Source: an uncultured Actinomycetota bacterium
GTDB taxonomy: Bacteria; Actinomycetota; Actinomycetes; Propionibacteriales; Nocardioidaceae
DNA length: 64,000 nucleotides
Assembly: GCA_963825275.1 (NCBI GenBank)
Contig: CAWGSW010000005.1
Location: forward strand, 34,171-98,170
Direction: 5' to 3'
The notes beneath the pieces are model-generated. The model made no database searches. It saw only the letters and a program-made list of their open reading frames with translations, and was not told the origin of the DNA. Both the position numbers and the translations under genes were made by a program. Shown one piece after another: positions 9,472 to 23,190 of this stretch. Within the stretch, counting starts at the first letter, position 1. Every line of letters starts with the position of its first letter.

Positions 9472-10266
9472 ATGTCGGCAGCGCAGCCCGTCAATCCCTC
9501 TCCCGATCAGGAAGTTGATCGGTATGAAGCCGTTAGGCAGTACTCGAAGCTGGAGATCCTTGCGGTTTGGGCCGCCGCAGCCGTCCCCATGGGCCTTCTG
9601 GCGTGGGTGGTCGCTCCCTGGCTCGAGGACCAACTCGGGGGCGATGAGCCCCTCACCAAGGCACTGCTGATCCTCCTCACGGCGGGGCTCGTCTGGCAGT
9701 TCGTGCTGGTCCTGATCCTTCTCAGGTGGGAGCTCGGGTCACTCGACTGGCCGCGGGTGCGCGACGCTCTCTGGCTCCGGCCACCACGAGATCCGAGGAC
9801 CGGGCGCGTGGGCGGAAAGGTCTGGTGGTGGGCGCTGCCCTTCGTCGTCCTCGGTGCCGTGTGGGCACTGGTGCCCGCGATCCCGGGTCCGTCCGAGCGA
9901 GACTTCGCCGATTTCCTTGGCTCCGACCGTGGCGAGGCTTTCTTCAGCGGCGCCTGGGGCTGGTTCGCACTCATCGTCGTATTCGTCATCTTCAACACCG
10001 TGCTCGGCGAGGAGCTTCTCTTCCGGGGGCTGCTGCTGCCGCGCATGCGAGCCGCCTTCGGCAGGGGCGACTGGGTCGTCAACGGCGTGCTGTTCACCCT
10101 TTATCACCTGCACGTGCCGTGGGTCATACCCACCACCTTGGTGGAGGGCATCTTTCTCGAGGCCTATCCGTCGCGGCGCTTCCAGAGCGCATGGATGGGA
10201 ATCATCGTGCACTCACTTCAGAGCGTCTTTGTGATCGTCTTCGTCCTTGCCCTCGTGCTCAAGTAG
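9472..10266 (+). CDS. CPBP family intramembrane glutamic endopeptidase (CAAX protease/Abi-like)
   Basis: GEELLFRG (EExxxR), FTLYH (FxxxH) and VHSLQS motifs in a multi-TM protein. Confidence 0.9.
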   Translation: MSAAQPVNPSPDQEVDRYEAVRQYSKLEILAVWAAAAVPMGLLAWVVAPWLEDQLGGDEPLTKALLILLTAGLVWQFVLVLILLRWELGSLDWPRVRDALWLRPPRDPRTGRVGGKVWWWALPFVVLGAVWALVPAIPGPSERDFADFLGSDRGEAFFSGAWGWFALIVVFVIFNTVLGEELLFRGLLLPRMRAAFGRGDWVVNGVLFTLYHLHVPWVIPTTLVEGIFLEAYPSRRFQSAWMGIIVHSLQSVFVIVFVLALVLK

Positions 10267-10393
10267 TGCGGTACTGCCTCGTGGCGACCGGACGGCGCTT
10301 CACCGGTGGGCGCGTCACAGCCTGGCCCGACATGACCGCCGGATGGAACGAACCTGCGTCCCACGGAACATCCTCATCTGTGCGGCCTGAGCC

Positions 10394-10858
10394 ATGACAA
10401 CGGACACCGGCCCGAGCTTCAGGTTGTGGCCGCCCGTGGCGGTGGGCGCGCCGCTCGGGCTCGGGCTGCTGCTCACGTGGCTCCTCGATGACCCGCTCTC
10501 CCCTTCTCCGGTGACGACCTGGCTCGGTTGGCTGCTCGTCGCCACCTTCGCCTGCTGGAACGGGTGGGCGCTGCTGACGATGGCGCGCCGCCGGACTGCG
10601 CTGCTGCCCGGCGGCGCCACCACGAGTCTCCTCGACATCGGCCCCTTCGCCTGGTCGCGCAATCCGCTGTACGTCGGCCTGCTCGTCGGGTCGGCCGGGG
10701 CGTCCCTCCTCGCCGGCTCGCTGTGGGCCCTCGTCCTGCTGCCGCTCGAGTGGGCGCTGCTCAGATGGGGCGCGGTGCTGCCCGAGGAGCGCTACCTCGC
10801 CGCGAAGTTCGGGTCGGAGTACGCCGACTACACCGCCCGGGTCCGGCGCTGGCTGTGA
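10394..10858 (+). CDS. Isoprenylcysteine carboxylmethyltransferase/PEMT family membrane methyltransferase
   Basis: GPFAWSRNPLYVG and EERYLAAKFGSEYADYTARVRRWL motifs. Confidence 0.85.
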   Translation: MTTDTGPSFRLWPPVAVGAPLGLGLLLTWLLDDPLSPSPVTTWLGWLLVATFACWNGWALLTMARRRTALLPGGATTSLLDIGPFAWSRNPLYVGLLVGSAGASLLAGSLWALVLLPLEWALLRWGAVLPEERYLAAKFGSEYADYTARVRRWL

Positions 10859-10865
10859 CCTCCGA

Positions 10866-11630
10866 TCAGGATCGGTGGTCGCCCCGGTCCACGCGATGCT
10901 GAGGGACCAGGCTCCGGGCCGTCTCGAGCAGATCGCTGTCGACCGGCACGGGGAGTGCCGGCCCACCCGCACCGTAGGCATCCACGACTGACGCCTCCAC
11001 GGCGTCGAGGTCGAGACCCGGGACCTCGCGCGCGAGCGAACCCACCGAGCTCTCGTCGAAGTCCTGGCCCAGACACGCGTAGACCTCCGCCAACACGGGG
11101 CGGAGCCGGTCCTCGTCCCCGAGCACGATCAACGAGCTGAACAGCCACGCCCCGGGGACCATCCGTTGTGCAGTCCCGACCAGCTTCGCCACTCCGCGCG
11201 CATTCACGCTGTGGGCGCCGGGGCAGTACTCGCCCGGCACCGCGCCCAGCCGGGCGTCGACGCCGAACCCCCGGAACAGCTCCACGAACCGCTGGCCGAA
11301 CTCGGTGAAGCGGGCGTCCTGCCCCCCGGTCGCCCCCGGCTCGTGCCGCACGTGGTCCACCACCAGGGCCGCTCCTGTGTAGGCCACCGCCCGCCCACCC
11401 GTCGCACGCACGACCGGTTCGAAGCCGGCGGCCCGCGCCGCTGCGACGGCCCGGGGGAAGCCCGGTAGCCGCGTGTCACGACGACCGAAGACCACCACCG
11501 CCGAGGCGGGTCGATAGATCCGGAGCGACTCCTCGATCTGCCCGAGACGCGCTTCCATCACCATCGCGCGGGCGAGCGCGAGCTCGAGCGCCGGCTCGCC
11601 GTCGACGAGAGCACCGCGCAGGAACCGCAT
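10866..11630 (-). CDS. Lipoate-protein ligase family protein (LipL-like, YCPG motif)
   Basis: VVFGRRD, VVRATGGRAVAY, GEYCPG, KLVGTAQR. Confidence 0.8.
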   Translation of the reverse strand: MRFLRGALVDGEPALELALARAMVMEARLGQIEESLRIYRPASAVVVFGRRDTRLPGFPRAVAAARAAGFEPVVRATGGRAVAYTGAALVVDHVRHEPGATGGQDARFTEFGQRFVELFRGFGVDARLGAVPGEYCPGAHSVNARGVAKLVGTAQRMVPGAWLFSSLIVLGDEDRLRPVLAEVYACLGQDFDESSVGSLAREVPGLDLDAVEASVVDAYGAGGPALPVPVDSDLLETARSLVPQHRVDRGDHRS

Positions 11631-11685
11631 GGGCACATCATCGCCCGGGCCCGACGCTGTCGCGCGCACTGGGCAAGATGTGCCC

Positions 11686-12899
11686 ATGGACTCCCCGATC
11701 GACCAGGAACCTGACCGCGGCGACAGCATGGCGGCAGACGGCTGGTTCACCACGTCCATCACGCCCGGCATCCTGCGCGGGGCCCTCGACCTGGAGCGCA
11801 CCCCACACGGGGTGCTGCCGCACCGGCTGCCCGCCTGGGCGCGCGCACAGATCCCCGATGACCAGCTCGCCATGGCCGAGGCCCAGCCCTCCGGCGTACG
11901 CCTGGCGTTTCGGACCCGCGCCACGGTCGTGGAGCTGGACGTGATCCCCACCAAGGTGGCCTACCAGGGCGCCCCGCCCCGACCCGACGGTGTCTACGAC
12001 CTGCTCGTCGACGGCCGCCTCGCCGGCCGGGCCACGGCGACCGGTGGCAACGTGCGCACGATCGACATGGCGACCGGCTCCGTCGTCACCCGGCCCGGTC
12101 CGGTCGCCACGCTCCGGTTCGCCGACCTGCCCGCCGGTGCGAAGGACGTCGAGATCTGGCTGCCGCACAACGAGATCACCGAGCTGGTCGCCCTGCGGAC
12201 CGACGCCCCGGCCGAGGCGCTCGCGAAGCGGGACCGGAAGGTGTGGCTGCACCACGGCAGCTCGATCAGCCACGGCTCCGATGCCGAGAGCCCCACGACG
12301 ACCTGGCCGGCACTCGCCGCCTCCCTCGGTGGCGTGGAGCTGATCAACCTGGGCTTCGGCGGCGGCGCCCTCCTCGACCCGTTCACCGGGCGGGCCATGC
12401 GGGACACCCCCGCGGACCTGATCAGCGTCAAGATCGGGATCAACCTGGTCAACACCGACCTGATGCGCCTGCGCGCCTTCGCCCCGGCGGTCCACGGCTT
12501 CCTCGACACCATCCGCGAGGGGCACCCCACCACGCCCCTGCTGGTCATCTCGCCGATCTACTGCCCCATCCACGAGGACACCCCCGGCCCCGCAGCCCCC
12601 GACTTCACCCGGCTCAGCGCCGGGAAGCTCAGCTTCCTCGCCACCGGAGATCCCGCGGACCGCACCCGCCTGACGCTCAACGCCATCCGGGACGAGCTCT
12701 CCCGCATCACGGCGTCGCGGGCGGAGGCGATCCCGACCTGTACTACCTCGACGGCCGCGAGCTCTACGGCGAAGCGGACTTCGCCGAGCTGCCCCTGCCC
12801 GACCAGCTCCACCCTGACGCCGCCTCACATCGCCTCATCGGCCGGCGATTCGCCGAGCGGGCCTTCGGCGACGGCGACCCGCTCGCCGTCAAGACCTGA
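11686..12899 (+). CDS. GDSL/SGNH hydrolase with N-terminal galactose-binding-like domain (one frameshift near 12728)
   Basis: HHGSSISHG, INLGFGG, IKIGINLVN. The C-terminus with DQLHPD (DxxH) and the stop at 12899 lie in another frame. Confidence 0.8.
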
Positions 12900-13012
12900 G
12901 CCGCTCCCGTCGGCGGTCTCCACGCCCAGGTCCGTGTCTCGGGGGTGCGTGCGTCCAGGGATCACCTAGGGTCACGCCGTACGGCGCGCTTCGACCAGTG
13001 AAAGGGGGCCGC

Positions 13013-13294
13013 GTGGTGGATGTGGTCAACGGCGGCTCCGGCCGGGATCGTCCGTATGCGGACACCAGGAATGACCAGGGACTGCTGCGGCTCATCGCGG
13101 TCGGCGTCCTCCTGATCGCCGTCTTCACCGGACTCGCGAGCTGGAACCTCTATCGCCAGGCTGAGATGACCCGCACGCTCAACTGCCAGACGGTCTCGGA
13201 ACGCTTCTCCCAGGGCGCGACGAACTACGACGACCTGGAGCCGCTCGCCAAGAAGATGGTCGACGAGTTCGACTGCGACATTCCGGGACGGTAG
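13013..13294 (+). CDS. Small single-TM hypothetical protein
   Basis: RBS AAAGGGGG before GTG 13013; one TM helix, then a domain with two Cys. Confidence 0.55.
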   Translation: MVDVVNGGSGRDRPYADTRNDQGLLRLIAVGVLLIAVFTGLASWNLYRQAEMTRTLNCQTVSERFSQGATNYDDLEPLAKKMVDEFDCDIPGR

Positions 13295-13333
13295 CCAGCG
13301 CCGGAGTGCGTGCGGGCGGCTAGCGTCGATCGC

Positions 13334-13948
13334 ATGGACTCCTCCTGGGATGACTCGCGTCGGGCCTTCACCGACGCCGCGGGATGGTTCGTGCACACCG
13401 CCGCGCTCGTGGGCGACCGCTGGGGCCAGCCCGGGTTGGGTGAGTGGGACGTCCGTGCCCTCGTCGGCCACACGAGTCGTTCCTTCCTGACCGTCGAGAC
13501 GTACCTCGACCGCCCTGCCGCGACCGTCGAGGTCGCCTCCGCCGCGGACTACTTCCGCGCCGCGAGGGCAATTGCGGCCGGGCCGGCTGTCGCGGCACGC
13601 GGGCGCGAGGCCGGCACCGCGTTGGGCCCAGACCCGGCGAGCGCAGTGGGCCAGATCGCCGACCGCGTGCTTCGGCTCCTTCAGGCCCAGGACGGCACCG
13701 CGCTGGTGACGACGGTCGTGGGCGGGATGCGGCTCAGGGACTACCTGCCCACCCGGACGTTCGAGCTGGTCGTTCACACCGCGGACCTGGCCAGCGCCCT
13801 CGGAGAGCCCCTGGACGTCCCGACCACGGCAGCGGCGCAGGCGCTGCAGGTCGTCACGGACCTCGCCCTCGCCGACGGGCTCGCCGGCCCGCTCCTGCTC
13901 GCCGCCACCGGCCGACCGGACCTGCCGCCGGGCTTCTCCGTGCTGTGA
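13334..13948 (+). CDS. Maleylpyruvate isomerase N-terminal domain (MDMPI/DinB-like) protein
   Basis: GLGEWDVRALVGH and YLPTRTFELVVHTADL. Confidence 0.8.
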   Translation: MDSSWDDSRRAFTDAAGWFVHTAALVGDRWGQPGLGEWDVRALVGHTSRSFLTVETYLDRPAATVEVASAADYFRAARAIAAGPAVAARGREAGTALGPDPASAVGQIADRVLRLLQAQDGTALVTTVVGGMRLRDYLPTRTFELVVHTADLASALGEPLDVPTTAAAQALQVVTDLALADGLAGPLLLAATGRPDLPPGFSVL

Positions 13949-14050
13949 CCCCTGGACCCCGTCCCATTGACCTCGGGTAGGTCCGGGGGGAAGATTTTTC
14001 CACGACAGCTCAGGGAATGCCTTCGACGTGCAGGCCTCGAGGAGAAGCCG

Positions 14051-14620
14051 ATGACGACCATGGAGCGGCCCCCCAGGATCGTGCGCTGGACCCTGCGGCT
14101 CGAGGAGACGGCGGCGCTGGACGGGCCGGTGGAGGCGTTGACGCCGGCGATCCGGGCCCTGTTCGGCACCGGGACGTGGGCGTCGGTGCTCCGCGGCGAA
14201 TGGCTCGGCCACGCCGTCCACCCGCTGCTCACCGACGTCGCGATCGGCACCTGGACCTCCGCCACCGTGCTCGACCTGGTCGGCGGCCGCGACTCGTCCG
14301 CCGCGGCCCAGCGGCTCGTCGCGACCGGCTTGCTGGCCGCCGGCCCGACAGCCTGGACCGGGTGGGCCGAGTGGTCGGCAGCCGGGCCGCGAGAGAAGCG
14401 GGTGGGCCTCGTCCACGCGGTGACCAACGGCGTCGCGATCGGCACCTACGCCGCGTCGTGGCGCGCGCGCCGGCGTGGCGAGCACGGCACCGGGGTCCGG
14501 CTGGCCCTGGCCGGGGCGGCCGTGGCGGGCGTCGGTGCCTACCTGGGCGGCCACCTCACCGAGGCGCGCAAGGTGGCGAGCCACCATCCCGCCTACGACG
14601 AGGCTCCGCCGGGGCCCTGA
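14051..14620 (+). CDS. DUF2231 domain membrane protein
   Basis: WLGHAVHPLLTDVAIG, GWAEW, RVGLVHA, GAYLGGHL. Confidence 0.8.
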   Translation: MTTMERPPRIVRWTLRLEETAALDGPVEALTPAIRALFGTGTWASVLRGEWLGHAVHPLLTDVAIGTWTSATVLDLVGGRDSSAAAQRLVATGLLAAGPTAWTGWAEWSAAGPREKRVGLVHAVTNGVAIGTYAASWRARRRGEHGTGVRLALAGAAVAGVGAYLGGHLTEARKVASHHPAYDEAPPGP

Positions 14621-14650
14621 CCGGCGCCGCGTCGTCACCAGCGGGGGACA

Positions 14651-14689
14651 GCGGTGATCTGACGTCACCAGGTGACCTGAGATCACCGC
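14651..14689. terminator. Hairpin between convergent DUF2231 and treZ genes (putative bidirectional terminator)
   Basis: GCGGTGATCTGACGTCACC-A-GGTGACCTGAGATCACCGC: 19-bp arms, 17/19 complementary. Confidence 0.55.
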
Positions 14690-14700
14690 CATCCCTGGCT

Positions 14701-16476
14701 TCACCAGCGGGTCGGCGCGACCATCGCTCCCGCGTGGGCCGGGAGGGTGAGTCGGCCGTCCGCGCCGAGCTCGACGCCCGACTCGGTCTCGAAGAGCAGC
14801 TCGCCGGGGCCGCCGAGCTCCACGACGGCGTCGCGGTCGGCGAAGTTCACCACGATCCGCAGCGTCCCGCGGCGCAGCTCGAAGAGCCGGGCGTCCTCGT
14901 CCACCGTGCAGGAGGTCGCCCCGAACGCCGGGTCGGTCAGCTCGGGGCGCTCCCGGCGCAGCGTGGCGAGCCGGCGGTAGACCTCGAGCATCCGGGCGTG
15001 CCGCCCGGACGAGGGCTCGGCCCAGTCCAGCTTGGAGCGCTCGAACGTGGCGGGGTCCTGCGGGTCCGGCACGACCGCGGGGTCCCAGCCCATCCGCTCG
15101 AACTCCGCGATCCGCCCCTCGGCGGTCGCCCTGCCGAGCTCGGGCTCGGGGTGCGAGGTGAAGAACTGGAACGGCGTCGAGGCCGCCCACTCCTCACCCT
15201 GGAACAGCATCGGCGTGAACGGCCCGGCCAGGGTGAGCAGGGCAGCACAGGCCAGCTGGTCGTCGTCGAGCGCCTCGGTGATCCGGTCGCCACGGGCGCG
15301 GTTGCCGATCTGGTCGTGGTTCTGGCTGCAGACCACCAACCGCCAGGTCGGCATCGCGGCGGTGTCGATCGGCACGCCGTGGTCGTGCTCGCGGAACGAC
15401 GAGAACGTGCCGTCGTGGAAGAAGCCGCGCTCGCACACCTTGGCCAGCGCACCCAGCGGCTCGAAGTCGGCGTAGTAGCCCGCGGTCTCCCGGGTCAGCG
15501 CCACGTGCACCGCGTGGTGGAAGTCGTCGCTCCACTGGGCGTCGAGGCCGTAGCCGCCGGCCTCGCGCGGCGTGATCAGCCGCGGGTCGTTGAGGTCGGA
15601 CTCCGCGATCAGCGTGAGCGGGCGGCGCTGGTGGGCGGACAGGGCGGCGACCTCGACCGCCATCTCCTCCAGCAGGTGCGTCTGTGAGCCGTCGGACAGC
15701 GCGTGCACGGCGTCGAGCCGCAGCCCGTCGACGTGGAAGTCCGCCAGCCACATCCGCACGTTGTCGAGGATGTAGCGGCGCACCTCCGCCGACCCCGGGC
15801 CATCGAGGTTGACCAGGTCGCCCCACGTGTTGGCGCCGGCCTTCAGGTAGGGGCCGAACATCGGCAGGTAGTTCCCGGACGGACCGAGGTGGTTGTAGAC
15901 CACGTCCTGGATGACGCCGAGCCCGGCCGCGTGGCAGCCGTCGACGAAGCGCTGGTACGCCGCGGGGCCGCCGTACGGCTCGTGGACCGCGGACCACAGG
16001 ACGCCGTCGTAGCCCCAGTTGTGGGTGCCGTTGACCGCGTTGACCGGCATCAGCTCGACGAAGTCCACGCCGATCGAGCGCAGGTGGTCGAGCTTGCCCA
16101 GCGCCGCGTCGAGGGTGCCCTCGGGGGTGAACGTGCCGACGTGCAGCTCGTAGATCACCGCGCCGGCGAGCTGGCGGCCGGTCCAGGCGCCGTCGCTCCA
16201 GGCGTACGCCGCCGGGTCGAACGTGCGCGAGCGCTGGTGCACCCCGGACGGCTGGCGCCGCGAGCGGGGGTCCGGCACGGGGGAGTCCTCGTCGTCGATC
16301 AGGTAGCCGTAGTCGACCTCGCCGGCGGGCACCGGCTCGACCGGCGTCCACCAGTCGTCGTCGCCGCGCTTCATCTCGACGACCCGCTCCTGCGCGCCGG
16401 CGTCCAGCGAGGAGCCCAGCGACAGGCGGAGCCGCTGGGCCCTGGGCGCCCAGACGTCGAAGGTTCCGTGCGTCAT
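14701..16476 (-). CDS. treZ: Malto-oligosyltrehalose trehalohydrolase
   Basis: GH13 motifs: [65 protein letters not shown]. Confidence 0.95.
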   Translation of the reverse strand: MTHGTFDVWAPRAQRLRLSLGSSLDAGAQERVVEMKRGDDDWWTPVEPVPAGEVDYGYLIDDEDSPVPDPRSRRQPSGVHQRSRTFDPAAYAWSDGAWTGRQLAGAVIYELHVGTFTPEGTLDAALGKLDHLRSIGVDFVELMPVNAVNGTHNWGYDGVLWSAVHEPYGGPAAYQRFVDGCHAAGLGVIQDVVYNHLGPSGNYLPMFGPYLKAGANTWGDLVNLDGPGSAEVRRYILDNVRMWLADFHVDGLRLDAVHALSDGSQTHLLEEMAVEVAALSAHQRRPLTLIAESDLNDPRLITPREAGGYGLDAQWSDDFHHAVHVALTRETAGYYADFEPLGALAKVCERGFFHDGTFSSFREHDHGVPIDTAAMPTWRLVVCSQNHDQIGNRARGDRITEALDDDQLACAALLTLAGPFTPMLFQGEEWAASTPFQFFTSHPEPELGRATAEGRIAEFERMGWDPAVVPDPQDPATFERSKLDWAEPSSGRHARMLEVYRRLATLRRERPELTDPAFGATSCTVDEDARLFELRRGTLRIVVNFADRDAVVELGGPGELLFETESGVELGADGRLTLPAHAGAMVAPTRW

Positions 16477-16477
16477 G

Positions 16478-18811
16478 TCAGTCCTCCTGGACCAGCAGGG
16501 CGACGGGGTAGGTCGCCAGGATCTCGGCGACCGACCCGGTCGAGACCGCACTCCCGGAGAGCGCGTCTCGCCACCGGCCCGCGGGCAGCTCGATCGTGGT
16601 GTCGCCCCAGCCGCCGCGCTCGGCGAGGCCGAGCGGCAGCCGGGTGGCCACGGTGACAGCGCCACCGCGGTCGAAGGCCAGCACATGGCCGGCCGCCTCG
16701 CCCGTGGCCGTGAGCCCGGCGTACGTCGTGAACAGCTCGGGCCGGTCCCGGCGCACGGTCAGCGCCCGGTGGGTGACCAGGAGCTTGGCGGCACCCGGGT
16801 CGTCGGGGGCCGCGGTGAGCAGCGGGCCCGAGCCCTCGCGCAGCGCGCCGAGCAGGTCGATGCGGGCGTCGAAGTCGACGGGGCGCCGGTTGTCGGGGTC
16901 GACCAGGCTCTGCTCCCACAGCTCGCTGCCCTGGTAGACGTCGGGCACGCCGGGCATCGTGATCGCGACCAGCTTGGCGGCCAGGGCGTTGCTCCACCCG
17001 GGCGCGGCCAGCCGGTCCACCAGGCCGGTGAGCACCTTGCCGACGGCGCTGTCGTCGTACGCCGCGTCGACGGCCGCGTGCACGGCCGCCTCGTAGGCCT
17101 CGTCCGGCGCGGTCCACGTGGTCCGGTCGCCGGCCTCGCGCATCGCCTTCTCGGCGTAGCCGTGCAGCCGTTCGCGGCCCGCCGGCCAGGCACCGAGCAC
17201 GGCCTGCCAGATCAGGCTCGCGAAGCCGGGGTCGGGCAGCGGTGCGAGGGCGAGCAGCTCGTCGAGCGCCGCCTCCCACTCGTCGGGGACCTCGGCGAGC
17301 ACGCTGATCCGGGCGCGGACGTCCTCGCCGCGCTTGGTGTCGTGGGTGGAGAGCGCGGTCATCGCGTGCGGCCACTCGGCCTGGCGCGTGTCCATGTGGG
17401 CGTGGAACTCGTCCGGCGTGATCGCGAAGACGCTCGGGTCGCCGCCCACCTCGTTGAGCGAGGTCAGCCGGGAGAAACGGTAGAACGCGCAGTCCTCGAC
17501 GCCCTTGGCCATCACCATGCCGCTGGTCTGCTGGAAGCGCCGGGCCGGGTCGGCGTCGGGGTCCGCGAGCACCGGCAGGAGTACGTCGAGCGTGTCGGCC
17601 AGGTCGGGTCGGTGCTCCCGCGCCAGGGCGAACGCCTGGTCGAGGTGCTCGCGGCCCTCGGGCAGGTAGGACCGGTAGACGGGGAAGCAGGCCAGGAGCT
17701 CGGCCACCGCATCCGCGATCCGCGCCTCGTCGGTCACCGACGCGTCACCCATCGCAAGGATCTCGCGGGTGATCCGGTTGACCTCGGAGTTGAGGATGCC
17801 GTCGGCGACCGCGCGCTTCGTGTCGTGGATCATCGCGTGCCAGTCCACCGGGCCACCGCGCAGCCGCGACTCCAGTGCGTCGAGCGGCGCCTGCCCGGCC
17901 GGGTCGGTGAGGACCCGGTCGAGGTGCGCGAGGGCGTCGTACCCGGTGGTGCCGGCCGTCGCCCACGAGGTGGGCAGCGCCTCGCCGGGCTCGAGGATCT
18001 TCTCGACCAGGACGTAGGCGTTGCCGGTCAGCTCCGCCAGGTCCTCGAGGTAGCCCTTCGGGTCGCGCAGCCCGTCGGGGTGGTCGACGCGCAGGCCGTC
18101 GACGAGCCCCTCGTCGAACCACCGCTTGATCTCGACGTGCGAGTCGGCGAAGACCTCGGGGTCCTCGACCCGCACCGCGGCCAGGCTGTTGACCGCGAAG
18201 AAGCGCCGGTAGTTCAGGCCGGCGTCGGCGACGCGCCAGTTGACCAGCTCGTAGTGCTGGCGGTCGTGCACGGTGTTGGCGTCGGCGCCGTCATCGGCGG
18301 TCCCGGGCGCCAGCGGGAAGCGGTTGTCGTGGTAGCGCAGCTCGCCGTCGACGACCTCGAGGTGGGCGATCGGTCCGCCCTCCGGGGAGCGGTCGTCGTC
18401 GCCGACGACCGGGATCCGGATCCGGCCGCCGCCGGCCTCCCACTCCACGTCGAAGGCATGGGCGTGCTCCCACTCCGGACCGTGGGTGAGCAGCTCCCAC
18501 CACCACGTCGACTCGTGCGGCGTCGCGACCCCGACGTGGTTGGGCACGATGTCGACCAGCACGCCCAGCCCGAGCCGTCTGGCCTCCGCGGACAGGGCGG
18601 CCAGCCCCTCCGCACCGCCGCGCGAGGCGTCGATGTGGTCGTGGGCCACGACGTCGTAGCCGTGGTCACTGCCCGGCTCGGCCGCCAGCAGCGGCGAGAG
18701 GTAGACCCAGTCCACCCCCAGCTCGTGGAGGTAGCCCAGTCGCCGGGTGGCCTCGAACAGGTCGAAGTCCCCGGTGATCTGGAACCGGTAGGTGCTGACG
18801 GGGGTGCGCAT
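16478..18811 (-). CDS. treY: Malto-oligosyltrehalose synthase
   Basis: [70 protein letters not shown]. Confidence 0.95.
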   Translation of the reverse strand: MRTPVSTYRFQITGDFDLFEATRRLGYLHELGVDWVYLSPLLAAEPGSDHGYDVVAHDHIDASRGGAEGLAALSAEARRLGLGVLVDIVPNHVGVATPHESTWWWELLTHGPEWEHAHAFDVEWEAGGGRIRIPVVGDDDRSPEGGPIAHLEVVDGELRYHDNRFPLAPGTADDGADANTVHDRQHYELVNWRVADAGLNYRRFFAVNSLAAVRVEDPEVFADSHVEIKRWFDEGLVDGLRVDHPDGLRDPKGYLEDLAELTGNAYVLVEKILEPGEALPTSWATAGTTGYDALAHLDRVLTDPAGQAPLDALESRLRGGPVDWHAMIHDTKRAVADGILNSEVNRITREILAMGDASVTDEARIADAVAELLACFPVYRSYLPEGREHLDQAFALAREHRPDLADTLDVLLPVLADPDADPARRFQQTSGMVMAKGVEDCAFYRFSRLTSLNEVGGDPSVFAITPDEFHAHMDTRQAEWPHAMTALSTHDTKRGEDVRARISVLAEVPDEWEAALDELLALAPLPDPGFASLIWQAVLGAWPAGRERLHGYAEKAMREAGDRTTWTAPDEAYEAAVHAAVDAAYDDSAVGKVLTGLVDRLAAPGWSNALAAKLVAITMPGVPDVYQGSELWEQSLVDPDNRRPVDFDARIDLLGALREGSGPLLTAAPDDPGAAKLLVTHRALTVRRDRPELFTTYAGLTATGEAAGHVLAFDRGGAVTVATRLPLGLAERGGWGDTTIELPAGRWRDALSGSAVSTGSVAEILATYPVALLVQED

Positions 18812-18846
18812 GGAACCTTTCGTGGTCGCGGACGGTGCGGCGGGGC

Positions 18847-21074
<2,228 letters not shown>

Positions 21075-21258
21075 GAATGCCTCCGTAGGTCGATGCACGG
21101 CAGATCGCCGCCACTTGGATCGATCAAACCACACCGTGCCCAGACGGTCTCCCGGGCAAACGCCTGCCGGCGACCTGTCGCGCAGATCACCCCGAGGGCG
21201 TCCGATGGGCCGCACCTGGCCGGCGACGGCTGGGCTACCCGGCAGTAGTATCGGGGCC

Positions 21259-22404
21259 ATGAAGCGCACCATCTACGACGAGGACCACGAGGCCTTCCGC
21301 GCCTCGGTCAAGGAGTTCCTCGACCGGCAGGTCGTCCCCCACCTCGAGGAGCACGCCGCCGAGAAGGCGATCCCGCGCGAGTTCTGGACCGAGGCCGGCA
21401 AGCAGGGCTTCCTCGGGCTGGAGATCCCCGAGGAGTACGGCGGCTCCGAGGCGGGCGACTACCGCTTCAACGCGGTGCTCACCGAGGAGCTGTCCAAGGT
21501 CAACATGGCGCTGCCCTCGTGCGTGGGCATCCACGCCGACATCGTGGCGCCGTACCTCGTGCACCTCACCACCGACGAGCAGAGAAGCGCTGGCTCCCGG
21601 GCTTCTGCGCCGGTGAGATCCTCACCGCGATCGGCATGACCGAGCCCTCCGGCGGCTCCGACCTGGCCGCGCTCAAGACCACCGCCGTCAAGGACGGCGA
21701 CGACTGGGTGCTCAACGGCTCCAAGACCTTCATCACCAACGGCTACTCCGCCGACCTGGTGATCGTCGCCGCACGCACCGTCGCCGGAGAAGAAGGCCCG
21801 CGGCATCACGCTGTTCGGCGTCGAGACCAGCAAGGACGGCTACAGCCGCGGCCGCAAGCTCGACAAGGTGGGCCAGGACGAGTCCGACACCGCCGAGCTG
21901 TTCTTCGAGGACGTCCGGGTCTCCGACGACGACATCATCGGCGAGCTCGACAACGGCTTCATCCACATGATGACGTTCCTGCCGCAGGAGCGGCTCGGCT
22001 CGGCGATCACCAACCTCGCCCACGCCGCGCAGATCCTCGTCGAGACGCTGCAGTACACCAAGGACCGCAAGGCGTTCGGCCAGTCGATCGGCCAGTTCCA
22101 GCACAACAAGTTCCTGCTCGCCGACCTGGTCACCCGGGTCGAGGTCACCCAGGCCTACGTCGACCAGTGCGTGCTGGCCCACACCCGGCAGGAGCTCACC
22201 CCCATCGACGCCGCCAAGGCGAAGTGGTGGACCGCCCAGGTGCAGAGCGAGGTCCTCGACCACTGCGTGCAGCTGCACGGTGGCTACGGCTACATGAACG
22301 AGTACCGCGTCGCCCGCGCCTGGCGCGACGCCCGGGTCACCAAGATCTGGGCCGGCTCGAACGAGATCATGAAGGAGCTCATCGGGCGTGACCTCGGGCT
22401 GTGA
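21259..22404 (+). CDS. Acyl-CoA dehydrogenase (long-chain type; frameshifts near 21585 and 21780)
   Basis: [62 protein letters not shown]. Confidence 0.9.
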
Positions 22405-22451
22405 GGCTCGCCTTGCTTGCAGGCGCCTCGTCGACCGTCAACGATTGAGCC

Positions 22452-23190
22452 ATGACGACCGACGCTGACGAGCTCGACGCCCCCGCCGGGCCGCACGAGG
22501 ATGAGCCCCACGGGGGCGGCGTCAACAGCCGCCTGAACTGGCTGCGGGCGGGTGTCCTCGGGGCCAACGACGGCATCGTGTCCACCGCCGGCCTCGTCGT
22601 CGGCGTCGCCGGCGCGACCAGCGACCGCACCGCGATCATGGTGGCCGGCGTGGCCGGTCTCGCGGCCGGGGCGCTCAGCATGGCGGCGGGCGAGTACGTC
22701 TCGGTCAGCACCCAGCGCGACTCCGAGCACGCGCTGCTGGAGAAGGAGCGCCGCGAGCTGATCGAGGAGCCCGAGGAGGAGCTCGCCGAGCTGGCCGGCA
22801 TCTACGTCGGCAAGGGGCTCAGCGAGGAGCTGGCCCTCCGGGTGGCGACCGAGCTCACCGAGCACGACGCGCTGGGTGCCCACGCCGAGGCCGAGCTGGG
22901 CATCGACCCCGACGACCTCACGAACCCGTGGGCACGCGGCCTGGGCCTCGATGATCGCGTTCACGGTCGGCGCGCTGCTGCCGCTGCTGACGATCGTGCT
23001 CGTCGTGGCCGACTTCCGGGTGCCGGTGACGGTCGTCGCCGTGGTGCTCGCCCTCGCCCTGACCGGGTGGGCCAGCGCCAGGTTCGGCTACGGACCCACC
23101 AGGCGCGCGGTCTACCGCAACGTGGCCGGTGGCGTCTTCGCGATGCTCGTGACCTACGGGATCGGGGCGCTGATCGGCACCCAGGTCTGA
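22452..23190 (+). CDS. VIT1/CCC1 family Fe2+/Mn2+ transporter (frameshift near 22930)
   Basis: LRAGVLGANDGIVS, ALSMAAGEYVSV, HAEAELG; C-terminal TMs in a second frame. Confidence 0.9.
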
